Source of the DNA: Dipteris shenzhenensis
Taxonomy: Eukaryota
Direction: 5' to 3' (one strand)
Assembly: GCA_047967505.1 (NCBI GenBank)
Contig: CM106538.1
Length of the DNA: 64,000 nt
Shown here: positions 11,364-24,900 of the stretch, piece after piece
Numbering within the stretch: the stretch's first letter is position 1
Layout of the letters: every line of letters starts with the position of its first letter
Translations under genes and position numbers: made by a program
Notes under the pieces: model-generated
What the model saw: only the letters and a program-made list of their open reading frames with translations
Told to the model about the DNA's origin: nothing
The model's database searches: none

Positions 11364-14300
11364 TGAGAGTGCTCTCAACGGAAGCAAGAATGGAAGAGGG
11401 AGAGAGAGAAACAGAGAGCCACACAAGTTTTGGTGGGTGCAGAACCACCCTAATCTTCTTTTTTTCATTCATTTATATATGTGTTTGAGTATTGTACATA
11501 ACTAGGGTAAAGGCACAGTGACCTTTAACCCCCACAACCTCCCACTTAAAGGACAATGTGCCTTTAAGGGAGAACAACCAGTGAGCATACTATCCAATGC
11601 CCATCAATACACGACAATTCTCAAACTGCTGACTAGGTAGACTCTTCGTCAACATATCTGCAGGGTTATCATCTGTATGAACCTTGACAAGCTCTATGCG
11701 CTTGTCCTCAAGTACCTCCCTAATGAAATGGTACCTGACCTTAATGTGTTTGGTCTTTGCATGAAAGACCGGATTCCGTGCTAGCTGAATAGCACTCATG
11801 GAATCGCTATGCAATGTCGGTACACCTGTATGAATCCCCAAATCTCCCCTAGCCGATCAAGCCATATAGCCTCCTTGCAACCCTCTGTGGTTGCAACATA
11901 CTCAACCTCTGTGGTAGACAAAGCAATGCACTTCTATGCGCGAGACATCCACGACACTGCACCACCTGCAAAGGTGAACACATAACTAGAAGTGGATCTC
12001 CTACTATCCACATGCCTTGCATAGTCTGAATCTGTGTACCCAAGTACACGCATGTCTCCTCTACCAAAGCAGATGCACATCTCCTTGGTACCCTTCATGT
12101 ACCTCATGATGCACTTAACTGCCTCCCAATGCCTCTTTCCTAGATTAGCCATATACCGGCTAACAACTCCCACTGCAAATGCAATGTCTGGTCTAGTAGC
12201 TATCATAGCATACATAAGACTCCCAACTGTTGATGCATAAGGAACCTTGGCCATCATGGCCCTTTCCTCATCTAATTTGGGACTATCTATATGACTCAGC
12301 TTCACATATGGAGGCAATGGAGTACTCACTGCCTCCCCCCCTCCATATTGAAACGCTACAATACTTTTGTAACATACTCTTTTTGTGAAAGCCAAAGGAG
12401 TTTCCTACTTCGATCACGCATGATGCGCATACCAAGAATATGACCTGCAAGTACCAAATCCTTCATATCAAAGGCCTCATGCAACTTGGCCTTTGATGCA
12501 TCTAGCTCATTAGTATTCTTGCTAGCCAACAGCATATCATCCACATATAGTGCCAGAATTATCAGGCTATTATCCTTAGCCCTTTTAGTGTAGAGGCAGT
12601 GATCAATTTCACTCCCAAAACCCTGGGACCGAATGAAAGCATCAAACTTCTGATACCATTCTCTACGCACTTGCTTAAGACCATAGAGACTCTTCTTCAG
12701 CTTGCAAACTAAATGCTCTTTTCCCTTTTCTTCAAAGCCTTCTGGCTGTACCATGTAAATTTCCTCATGCAAATCCCCATGCAAGAAAGCTGTCTTGACA
12801 TCCATCTGCATAAGCTCCATATCCTCTGATGCCACTAGTCCAAGCATGCATCTAAGTGTGGTCATCTTCACAACCGGAGAGAATATCTCATCAAAGTCCA
12901 CACCCTTCTCTTGCTTGAACCCTTTAGCGACCAAACGGGCCTTGTATCTAGGCACATCATTACCTGGGACCTTCATCTTGTAGACCCATTTACATGCTTT
13001 CTTTCCATGTGGCAAAGAAACCAAGTCCCAAGTCTTATTCTTCATAAGTGAACTCACCTCTAATTGCATAGCATACTCCCACTTGTGTTGATCCTCGCAC
13101 ATCATAGCCTCTCTATAGCAAGAAGGCTCCACGCAATCAGTAAGCATCACATAGTCTACCCCTAGAACAAACCTATCAGGTGGTCTAGACACTCTAGATG
13201 ATCTTCTCAAGGGCATTTCAGCTTGCTATCCCACCTGCATATCAGCCACATTTGGCTCATCATTTCCACCAATAGATGATCCATCATCTACCCTTGATTG
13301 TATACCTGTGGGAGTACTTGGTGGTACCATTTCTTGCACATTTGGTGCATGGACAGCTTGCTGTCTATCAACATATGCAAGTGGATTCACATCCTGGAAA
13401 GTGATTCTCCTCATTTCCACATCCCTCAAGGGTGTCTTATGCATCTTCTTCTCATTGAAGACTACATCATGGCTGCGTATGATCTTCTCTGCTTTTGGAT
13501 CCCAGAGACGATAGCCCATCTCTCCACTTTCACCATAACCCAGAAAGATACATTTTTTAGACTTAGGATCTAGCTTCTTTCGAAGCTCTTTCGGCACATG
13601 TGCATATGCCTCACACCCAAATATACGCAAATGAGAGTAAGAGGGCTTCTTGCCACTCCATGCCTCTTTAGGAATACCACCATCCAAACTCTTACTAGGT
13701 GATCTATTGATCACATGCACTGCAGTCTTCATTGCCTCAGCCCAAAAACCACCAGAAAGACTTGCATTGGAAAGCATGCATTGCAACCTTTCTTGAATGG
13801 TACGGTTCATCTTTTCTACAACTAGATTTTGCTCTGGAGTACAAGGGGATGTGAGCTCCCTCTTAATCCCACGTGTATCACAGAAATACTGAAAGTCATG
13901 AGAGAGATACTCTCCACCATTGTCAGTCCGTAGGCATTTAAGCGTTCTACCTGACTGATTCTCAACCAAGGCCAGCCATTTTTGAAATACCTGGAACACA
14001 TCACTCTTCCGAGCTATAGCATAAGCCCACACTTTCCTAGTTGCATCATCAATGAATGTCACATAGTATTCAGCCCCGCCTAATGACCGTGTAGGCATGG
14101 GACCACATACGTCTGAATGCACCAAATCAAGCTTTTCAAACTCTTTCTTTCCCCTTCTTTTATGGGCTGATTTAGTCTGCTTCCCATAGAGGTAGTGCTC
14201 ACAAAATTCAAACTCAAATGCGGTACATAACCCAAATGGCATAAGAGTTTCATTCCATTCTGGCTCATGTGCCCCAACCTGCAATGCCACAAAGAAGTGC

Positions 14301-15261
14301 TTGGTTGCTCGGTTATTGCAACAACATGATCAAATACCCCTGATACATATAAGGGATACAAAGTCCCACACTTGGCACCCCTGGCCAAAAGCATAGAGCC
14401 CTTCTGAATTTTCCAACTCTGAAAGCCAAAAGTGGTGTGAAAACCAGCATCATCTAGCTGACCCACTGAAATAAGACTCTTGGTCAACTTAGGCACATGT
14501 CTCACATGTTTCAAAATAAATGCAGACCCATTTGCAAAAGAAAACTTTATGTCACCTACTCCCACTATGTCACATGCATAGTCATTTCCAAGATGCACAC
14601 AACTTGTCTTTCCACTGTCGTAAGTGGAGAACCATTCCCTATGGGGAGTAACATGGAATGAAGCACCAGAATCCAAAATCCAATCCCAGGAATATGCATC
14701 ATCTGAAGTGGTAAGCAACTCTGCAAATAAACTAGACATGAAGAGAACATCATTGTCACTATCATGTGTGACTGCATTGATCTCCTTGATCTTCACTTTT
14801 CCTTTGTCCTACCTTGGACTCTCTTCCTTTGGATTTGCACCCCAATTTGCATTCTTTTTCTTATCGTTTTGCTCTCTTTTCAGCTTCTTGTAGCAATCCT
14901 TTTTCATATGGCCCTTCTTGCCACAGTGATAACATTCAATGTTCCGTGTCCTAGATTTGCTACGAGACTTCCCTCTTTCTTGGGACTTCCCCCTGAACTA
15001 TGATCTGCCCCTTTGCACATTTAAGGCTGCATCCTGCTTGTTGCCATCCATAGACTTGCGTCTAATCTCCTCGGCCAACAAGCTACCCACAACATCATCA
15101 AATTTCAGTACTCCACCAGGTGCAGAGTTACTGACAGCTATACGGAAGGTATCCCATGAGGATGGCAATGAACGTAAGAGAAATATTGCCTTAGTCTCCG
15201 CATCAAATTTCATCTTCTGAGCATGAAGCTAGCTGAAAATAATATTGAATTCATTCAAGTG
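11364..15261 (-). mobile_element. Ty1/copia family C, copy C1 (5'-truncated; 3' LTR 11364-11536)
   Basis: Zinc knuckle, protease (WILDSGAS), integrase (HSDVCGP, LRTDNGGEY), RT (LYVDDML), RNase H (ADMLTK). LTR matches the LTRs at 58423 and 63581; PPT adjacent. Multiple stops and frameshifts. Confidence 0.95.
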
Positions 15262-15888
15262 TTCCGACGTTTAGAGAGAGGTTCCAGAGTTTAGGAGGTT
15301 CTAGAGTTTAGAAGAGGTTCCATGGTTTAGAGTAGAGTACATGGTGGAGAACTCATCTCCCTTATAGATCATGGAGATTAAGGGTTGAGGATCTAAGGGT
15401 TTAGGGGGAGCATAGGAGTAGGAGAGGAAGAAGGTGTAAGAGCATGGGGGAAAGAAGAGAGAGGAGGGAGGAGGAGGAGGAGGAGGAGGGAGAAGGAGGA
15501 GGAGGAGGAGGAGGGAGGAGGAGGAGGGAGGAGGAGAGGGAGAGGATGGGTTGCAAGGTTGGAGGAGAGGGGAGGAGAAATTGCAAGGTTAGGACATGCT
15601 TTTGGATGTGGAGTGCAAGGAAGCATGGACACTTGAGACAATTGCTTGGAATACCAAAGTAGAACTCAACACAATGCCCCAAAAAGTGTGGGCTTCATTC
15701 CATTATGGGGTATTTATACAAGTTGGAGAGCTTCTCTCTCTGCATGTAGGAATTGTAAGACATTCTCTCTTTACATGTAGAACTTGCATATAGAAGTTGC
15801 ATGTAGGAGTTGCATGTAGGAGTTGCATGTAGAGCTCCCATGTAGGAGTTGCATGTAGAAATTGCATGTAGGAGTTGCATGTAGGAGT
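15260..15888 (-). mobile_element. Orphan LTR fragment (family X, copy 1)
   Basis: Minus-strand TATAAATA (~15710-15718), long (CCT)n tract and a 13-bp array (GTTGCATGTAGGA)n at 15796-15888; homologous to 43600-44415. Confidence 0.6.
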
Positions 15889-16662
15889 TGTGAAGAGAGT
15901 GGGAGAGAAGGAAGGAGTCTCACTTGTAGCTTTCTCACATACACAATGGGGAATATACACAAAGGTGGAGGCTAAAAACAGTTTTCCTCTTCTTAGTTGT
16001 GAAAGACAAAAGAACTCTTAGTACAAAAGAATAGGTGAACCCTATATGTGGGTCTCAAACCAAACTCAACTAACTAAGGTGGCATACTAACTGAGCCACT
16101 AACTGGAGTACATAAAGATAGCTGTCATCCAGCTATTATTCATGGGCATTGTACCAACTGCATTTGCAGCTAACAAGTCCATGACATAAATGCACAACGG
16201 TCACCCTAGCATATCACGAGTGGAGCTAGATATCTCAACACTCCCCCTTGAGCTCAATCCCAGTTCCTGCACATCAAGTAGGTCTCTGAACTTGCGCAGC
16301 TTCTCTGCACCCAATGCCTTCATGAATATGTCAGCTACCTGATCCTCTGTGCTGATATAAATTAGATCAATATGACCTACTAGAACCTTCTCTCACACAG
16401 TGATAATGCACCTCAATGTGCTTTGTTCTAGCATGATACACTAGGTTATTTGCCAAGTGTATACTACTCATGTTGTCACAATAAATGACAACTGGCCCAT
16501 CTGTAGACTGATGCATATCATAAAGTAGCTTATGCAACCAAGATAGCCCACATGTAGCCATTGTTGCACCCCTGTACTCAGCCTCTGTGCTCGACAAGGC
16601 AACTGAAGGCTATTTCTTGCTGCTCCAAGTGACTGCAGCACTCCTAAAAGAGAACATATATC
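15889..16662 (-). mobile_element. Copia family A 3' fragment (LTR 15889-16240 plus RNase H end)
   Basis: Reverse complement of the family A LTR, PPT at 16241-16250, and SSTEAEY...HARTKHIEVHYH peptide. Confidence 0.9.
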
Positions 16663-19600
16663 TGTTGAGATATCGAGCTCCACTCGTGATATGCCAGGGT
16701 GACCGTTGTGCATTTATGTCACCGACTTGTTAGCTGCAGATGCGGTTGGTACACCGCCCATGAATAATAGCTGGATGAAAGCTATCCTTATGTACTCTAG
16801 TTCGTGGCTCAGTTAGTATGCCACCTTAGTTAGCTGAGTTTGGTTTGAGACCCACATATAGGGTTCTTGTATTTCTTTGTACAAGAGTCCTTTTGGCTTT
16901 CACAACTAAGAACAGGAAAACTACTCCACCTTTGTGTGTATTCCCCCATTGTGTATGTGAGAAAGCCGCAAGTGAGACTCCTTCCCTCTCTCCCACTATC
17001 TTCACATGGTATCAGAGCCTGGTTCATGGTAAGGAGCTCAAGAAAGCAAACCAATTTCGTGGTGTCCTGGTAAGAGGACCAGTGTTGCTTTCCTTTTTCA
17101 AGTTTGGGAGCAAATCTCTACAAGTAGCACAGCCGGAAAGTGCAAGAGTGCATTGTCTCAGATTGAGATGCCCTTCGCAGTGTGGCGAGAGGGCAGTATA
17201 TGCTATGGGAGTGAGCAAAGCCCTTGGTGACTTTATTTTTTTGATTCCAAGGCATTTCGAGGCCTGTTTTGGAGGCGGAAGTTCTCTACAAGCACTGAGA
17301 AAAAGGCCATGTTTTTGCTATGCGACCACTGCTCTGCAGGTCACTGAAAAGTTGCCATAGAAATTGCATCGTATGCCTGTGCGCAGGGATATTGGGAGTT
17401 GCAGAATCATCCTTATTTCCTGTTGATACAAAATCATCACTAGGAAGTGACTATGTGGTCAAATACCACTTTCGTCAGTTTTGCAGATTTGCCCTTGTGA
17501 GGTAGAAGCTCTGTTTTTTGCAGTGACAGAATATTTTACAGTGTTCTATAATGGCGTCTGATTCTCTTTCATAGATTGTCACTGAAAAGCTTTACAAGAA
17601 AAACTTCGAGGCATGGAAGTTTAAAATGACGAATTTCCTTATGGGAAAAGGCTATTGAGAGTTCATTATAGGAAATGAAGAAGAACCAGTTCTTCCTAAT
17701 GTTCCCAATCAACAGGAAATGCACGCATTTATAAAGGATGGCATGAGAGAGCCAAAAAAGTTATGTACTGGCTGTCTATCAGTATTTCAGATTCTATGAT
17801 TATGCATATTCAGAATGCAAGTACACCAAAGGAGGCATGGGATACTTTGGCAAAAATGTACAGCACAAATACGCAAGCCAAGGAAATGCAGCTCAAGCAG
17901 GAGTTGCATAATGTGCAGAGAGAAAATATGAGCATCAATGACTACCACATGAAGGTGAAGAAAATTGCAGATGCACTTGCTTCCATTGGGTCGCCAGTGG
18001 AAGATGATGATTTAGTTTCTGTGACCTTGAATGGTCTAGGAAAGGATTATGCACAGTTCCGGACATCCATTACCATCCGTGAAAAATTTCCTGACTTTGA
18101 GGAGTTGTTTGCTCTTCTAATTTCTGAAGAGCAGAGAAATGGTGGTGCATCTTCTTCAGGAGGAACTTCAAAAGAAACTATCTTCTACTCAAATGCTGGA
18201 AGAGGTAGAGGCAGAGGTAGAGCAGGCCGATCTGGAGGCCGTGGTAGAAATCAAAATATGTAGCAAACTCAAGACAACCAATCCTATGGAGGAGGACGTG
18301 GTAACTCTAGAGGTAGGGGGAGCCAAAGAGGTCGTGGTGGATGGCAGAGAGGCCAAAATGCAAACAGCAATGTTGAATGCTACTACTGTGGTAAAATGGG
18401 TCATATGGCTAAAGACTACTATAAAAAGTAGAATGACATCATGAATGGAAAATTGCAACAAGGGAATTATGCATCTTCTAGTAGATAGGGTGATGACAGA
18501 AATGAGCATCTGTTTATGGTGCAGCACATGACCAATTCTGTGACAAGTGCAGAAGAAATCAATGATGTGTGGTATGTTGACTCAGGTGCCTCAAACCACA
18601 TGACAGGTCATGCAGAATGGATGCAAGATGCAAGGAAAATGGAAAGACTGGGATTTGTGGAGACTGGTGATGATACTACACTCCTATTGTGCAGATTGGT
18701 AAAATTCCTTTGTCTATGTAGGATGGGAAAAAGAAATACCTGTCTGATGTCTTTCATGTCCCGAATATCACCAAGAACCTAGTTTCTATTGGTCAAATGG
18801 TTGAGTAGGGCTTGCAGGTCAAATTTGATCCTCATGGATGCTTTGTTGAGGATATGAAAAATAATGGTCGCTTGATAGCAAAAGGAAAGAAGAAGGGCAG
18901 GATGTTTACATTGGATGCGGACATGCCTGAATTGAGTGTAGCAATGTTTGCACATCGGATCAATGTAGTCACAGATATTGATATCTAGCATAAGCCCATT
19001 GATCATGTTAATGTACAGTGACTTAAATCAATGTAAGCCCAAAATATTGTTGCAGGATTGCCTAAATTCAAGGTTACAGAAATGCATAAGGTATCTGAAG
19101 CCTATCAATTTGGAAAATAGGCAAGGAAACCATTTCCTAGACATGTTCAAGAGAGTAATAAGACATTGGAATTAATCCACTCTATGTGTGGACTACTAAA
19201 GCTGCATCTATTGGAGGCCGTCATTATTTTGTCACTTTTATTGACGACTACAGTAGAAAAGTTTGGGTGTATTTTATGAAAAAGAAAAGTGAAGTGTTTG
19301 GGCATTTCAAAGCTTTTAAAGCTATGGTTGAAAAAGAAACAGGCCTACAAATAAAATGCCTAAGGTTAGATGGAGGGGGAGAGTACCTCTCAAATGAGTT
19401 TGCAAGGTTCCTACAGGAGCATGGCATAAAGCAGCAATATTCATGCAGTCATACCCCACAGCAAAATGGACTTGCAAAAAGAAAAAACAGGCATACTGGA
19501 GAGGTATCTCGGGCCATGCTAAATGAAAAAGACCTACCAGATTATTATTGGGTTGAAGTAGTTGCTACAGCAGTTTACATAATGAACAGGACTCCCACTG

Positions 19601-21986
19601 CAGCAATACATGGCATGACGCCAGAGGAGATGTATACTGGTAGGAAACCAGATATTTCTCATTTGAAAATTTTTTATTTCATTGCCTATGTTCATGTGCC
19701 AGATGAGTCGAGGTCCAAGTTGGATCCAAAAGCTGAGAAGTGCATCTTTATTGGTTATTCTCTGCAGCAGAAAGGGTATAGATGCTATAACCCTTCTACT
19801 TGTAAGTTTACAGTGAGCACGGATGTTGTTTTTGATGAGATGAGTAGCTGGTATAAACCAGTAAATGTGATTGATGATGTAGATGCACAAAATGGTAATG
19901 CTGCATAGAATTCACAGTAGCAATCACAAAATATTAGTGGACCTGCAGTGTCCTCTAGCAACGGTTCACATACTTCGCCATGGATAGGCAGATTGAGATA
20001 AGGAGAATCTCCTCAAAGCAATGCAGATAGTGGTATGCAGGTATCACGAAAAGGAAAAGAGAAGGTATATCAGCTCATGTTTGATGTGAATGCAGGTCAT
20101 TCTTATGTGGATGGTGAATCCAGTGGCTCAGAACAAAGCATTGATGATGAGTTGGGTATTCCTTCTGTTGTTACACCTAGAGTAAGGAAGACCAGGGATG
20201 CTTTGAGAGCACCTGGAAGTGAGCTTATTTTGCACAGGTCTACCAGAGGTAGGTATCATGTGGATAGGTTGAAATATGATGGATTTACAGCCATTCAATA
20301 TGCCTATATGGTCAAAGTGATACAAGAACCAGAACCCACTTCTTTTGAGCAAGCCATGGGAAAATAAAAATGGGAGAAAGCCATGGATGAAGAAATGGAT
20401 GCCTTGGAAGCAAATGCTACATGGGAATTGGTGCCTTTGCCTAAAGACAAGAATGCAATTGGCTGTAAGTGGGTTTATAAGGTGAAGCACAATGCAGATG
20501 GTTTTGTGAATAGATACAAGGCAAGATTAGTTGTCAAGGGGTATGCACAGACATATGGCATTGATTATGAAGAAACATTTAGTCTGGTTGCAAGGATGGC
20601 AACCATAAGAGCAGTCATTGCTATGGCTGCATCAAAGGGATGGTCTTTACATCAGATGAATGTAAAGAATGCCTTCTTGCATGGTGATGTGCAAGAAGAG
20701 GTCTTTATGGAGCAACCACCAGGTTATGTTCATGCTATTCATCCTGAGTTTGTTTGCAGGTTGAAGAAAGCCTTGTATGGCTTGAAGCAAGCACCTAGAG
20801 CATGGTCTGACAAGATAGGATAGTATCTTGTCACTATTGGCTTTCAGATTTCCAAGGCAGATTTCTCACTACAGAGAAAGGTATTATGCTGCTTGTCATT
20901 TATGTTGATGATTTGATCATCACAGGTGATAGTGATGAAGATATCCTTCATGTGAAAATGCTATTGAAGCAGAAGTTTGAGATGAAGGATTTGGGAGAGT
21001 TGCGATATTTCTTGGGCATTGAGGTGATTAGATCACCAAGTGGGATACGGCTCTTGCAAAGGCAGTATGGATTGGACATGCTGTCCAAATATGGGATGAC
21101 AGGCTGTAAGCCTATTTCAGTTCCTTTAGAGCAAAATGTGAAGCTGAGCACAAATGCAGGTGAGCTTCTGGAAGACCCTACTATGTACATGCGCATAGTA
21201 GGAAGTTTGATTTACATGACTATTACCAGGCCAGATTTGTGCTATGCTATTGGATTGGTAAGTCAGTTTATGCAGGCTCCAAGGAAACCGCATTTGGATG
21301 CGGCTGGATGCATACTCAGGTATGTGAAGTCCACATTGCAGTATGGACTATTTTATGAGGCTGGGGTTCATATACACTTGCATGGATACACTGCTGATTG
21401 GGCTGGTAGTATTTCTTATAGACGATCTACTAGTGGATATGTGTTCTCTTTTGGGAGTGTTGCAGTCACTTGGAGCGATAAGAAGTAGCCTACAGTTGCC
21501 TTGTCAAGCACAGAGGCTGAGTACAGGGGTGCAACAATGGCTGCATGTGAGGTAGCTTGGTTGTATAAGCTACTTTATGATATGCATCAGTCTATAGATG
21601 GGCCAGTTGTCATTTATTGTGACAACATGAGTAGTATACACTTGGCAAATAACCCAATCTATCATGCTAGAACAAAGCACATTGAGGTGCATTATCACTA
21701 TGTGCAGGAGAAGGTTTTACTAGGTCTTATTGATCTAGTTTATGTCAGCACAAAGGATCAGGTAGCTGACATATTCACGAAGGCATTGGGTGCAGAGAAG
21801 CTGCGCAAGTTCAGAGACCTGCTTGGTGTGCACGAATTGGGATTGAGCTCAAGGGGGAGTATTGAGATATCGAGCTCCACTCGTGATATGCCAGGGTGAC
21901 CATTGTGCATTTATGTCACCTACTTGTTAGCTGCAGATGCGGCTGGTACACCACCCATGAATAATAGTTGGATGATAGCTATCCTT
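16663..21986 (+). mobile_element. Ty1/copia family A, older copy A1
   Basis: 5' LTR 16663-17006, PBS TGGTATCAGAGC 17007-17018, decayed gag-pol 17551-21899 (WYVDSGAS, YVDDL, ADIFTK) with many stops. The 3' LTR starts ~21860 and is interrupted by A2 at 21987. Confidence 0.95.
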
Positions 21987-24900
21987 TGTTGAGATATCGA
22001 GCTCCACTCGCGATATGCCAGGGTGACCGTTGTGTATTTATGTCACCGACTTGTTAGCTGGAGATGCGGTTGGTACACCGCCCACGAATAATAGCTGGAT
22101 GACAGCTATCCTTATCTTCACTAGTTCGTGGCTCAGTTAGTATGCCACCTTAGTTATTTGAGTTTGGTTTGAGACCCACATATAGGGTTCTTCTATTTCT
22201 TTGTATTAGAGTTCTTTTGGCTTTCACAACTAAGAAGAGGAAAACTATTTTCAGCCTCCACCTTTGTGTGTATTCCCCCATTGTGATTGTGAGAAAGCTT
22301 CAAGTGAGACTCCTTCCCTCTCTCCCACTATCTTCACATGGTATCAGAGCCTTGTTCGTGGTAAGGAGCTCAAGAAAGCAAGCCAAGTTCGTGGTGTCCT
22401 GGTAAGAGGACCAGTGTTGCTTTCCTATTTTGAGTTTGGGAGCAAATCTCTGCAGGTAGCACAGCTAGAAGTGCAGGAGTGCACTGTTTCAGATTGAGAC
22501 GCCCTTCGCGGTGTGGCGAGAGCGCAGTATATGCTGCGGGTAAGGGCGAAGCCCTTAGTGACTTTATTTTTCTGATTTGAGGCCGTTTCGGGGCCCGTTT
22601 TGAAGGCGGAAGTTCTTCGCAGACACTCAGAAAAAGGCCCTGTTTTTTGCTGTGCGACCACTGCGCGGCTAGTCGGTGGAAAGGTGCACCAGAAATTGCA
22701 TCGTATGCCTGTGTGCAGAGATATTGGGAGTTGCAGATTCATGCTTGTTGCCTGTTGATGCAAAATCATCACTAGGAAGTGACTATGTGGTGAAATACCA
22801 CTTTCGTCAGTTTTGCAGTTCTGCCCGTGTGAGGCAAAAGCTATGTTTTTTGCAGTGACAGAATATTTTGTAGTGTTCTGTAATGGCATCTGATTCTCTT
22901 TCACAGATTGTCACTGAAAATCTTGACAAGAACAACTTCCAGGCATGGAAGTTTAGAATGACGAATTTCTTGATGGGAAAAGGCTATTGGGAGTTCATTA
23001 CAGGAAATGAAGAAGAACCTGTTCTTCCTAATGTTCCTAGTCAACAGGAAATGCAGGCATTCAAAGGATGGCATGAGAGAGCCAGGAAAGTTATGTACTG
23101 GCTGTCTATCAGTATTTCAGACTCCATGATTGTGCATATTCAGGATGCAAGTACGCCAAAGGTGGCATGGGATACTTTGGCTAAAATGTACAGCACAAAT
23201 ACGCAGGCCAAGAAAATGCAACTCAAACAAGAGTTGCATAATGTGCAGAGAGAAAACATGAGCATCAATGACTACCACATGAAGGTGAAGAAAATTGCGG
23301 ATGCACTTGCTTCCATTGGGTCGCCAGTGGATGATGATGATTTGGTTTCTGTGACCTTGAATGGTCTAGGAAAGGATTATGCACAGTTCCGGACATCCAT
23401 TGCCGTCCGTGAAAAATTTCCTGATTTTGAGGAGCTGATTGCTCTTCTAATTTCTGAAGAGCAGAGAAATGGTGGTGCATCTTCTTCAGTAGGAACTTCA
23501 AAAGAAACTATCTTCTACTCAAATGCTAGTAGAGGTAGAGGCAGAGGTAGAGGAGGCCGATCTGCAGGCCATGGTAGAAATCAGAATATGCAGCAAACGC
23601 AAGAAAACCAGTCCTATGCAGGAGGACGTGGTAACTCTAGAGGCAGGGGGAGCCAAAGAGGCCGTGGTGGATGGCAGAGAAGCCAAAATGCAAACAGCAA
23701 TGTTGAATGCTACTATTGTGGCAAAATGGGTCATATGGCTAAGGACTGCTATAAAAAGCAGAATGACATTATGAGTGGAAAATTGCAGCAAGGCAATTAT
23801 GCATCTTCTAGCAGGCAGGGTGATGACAGAAATGAGCATCTATTTATGGTGCATCATATGACCAATTCTGTGACAAGTGCAGAAGAACAAAATGATGTGT
23901 GGTATGTTGACTCAGGTGCGTCAAACCACATGACAGGTCATGCAGAATGGATGCAAGATGCAAGGAAGATGGAAAAGCCAGGATTTGTGGAGACTGGTGA
24001 TGATACTGCACATCCTATTGTGCAGATTGGCAAAATTCCTTTGTCTATGCAGGATGGGAAAAAGAAATACTTGTCTGATGTATTTCATGTCCCGAACATC
24101 ACCAAGAACCTAGTTTCTGTTGGTCAGATGGTTGAGCAGGGCTTGCAGGTCAGATTTAATCCTCATGGATGCTTTGTTGAGGATATGAAAAATAATGGTC
24201 GCTTGATAGCAAAAGGAAAGAAGAAGGGCAGGATGTTTACGTTGGATGCGGACATGCCTGAATTGAGTGCAGCAATGTTTGCACATGGGACCGGTGTAGT
24301 TGCAGATATTGATATCTGGCACAAACGCATTGGTCATGTTAATATACAGTGGCTTAAATCAATGCAAGCCCAAAATATTGTTGCAGGATTGCCTAAATTC
24401 AAGGTTGCAGAAATGCACAAGGTTTGTGAAGCCTGTCAATTTGGAAAACAGGCAAGGAAACCTTTTCCTAGGCATGTTCAAGAGAGTAAAAAGCCATTGG
24501 AATTAATCCACTCTGATGTGTGGACTACAAAAGCTGCATCTATTGGAGGCTGTCACTATTTTGTCACATTTATTGATGACTTCAGTAGAAAACTGTGGGT
24601 GTATTTTATGAAAAAGAAAAGTGAAGTGTTTGGGCACTTCAAAGTTTTCAAAGCTATGGTGGAAAAAGAAACAGGCCTGCAAATAAAATGCCTAAGGTCA
24701 GATGGAGGGGGAGAGTACCTCTCAAATGAGTTTGCAAGGATCTTGCAGGAGCATGGTATAAAGCAGCAATATTCATGCAGTCATACCCCACAGCAAATGG
24801 AATTGCAGAAAGGAAAAACAAGCATATTGGAGAGGTATCTCGGGCTATGCTAAATGAAAAAGATCTACCAGATTATTATTGGGCTGAAGCAGTTGCTACA

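Noticed and set aside
15393-15682. Pro/Ser- or Glu/Gly-rich ORFs here and at 43824-44118, 8907-9311 and 38502-38887
   Set aside because: They are translations of low-complexity or tandem-repeat DNA in LTRs and leaders.
24775-24853. Programmed ribosomal frameshift in copia A2
   Set aside because: It falls mid-integrase and copy A1 has the extra A, so it is a 1-bp deletion or a sequencing error.
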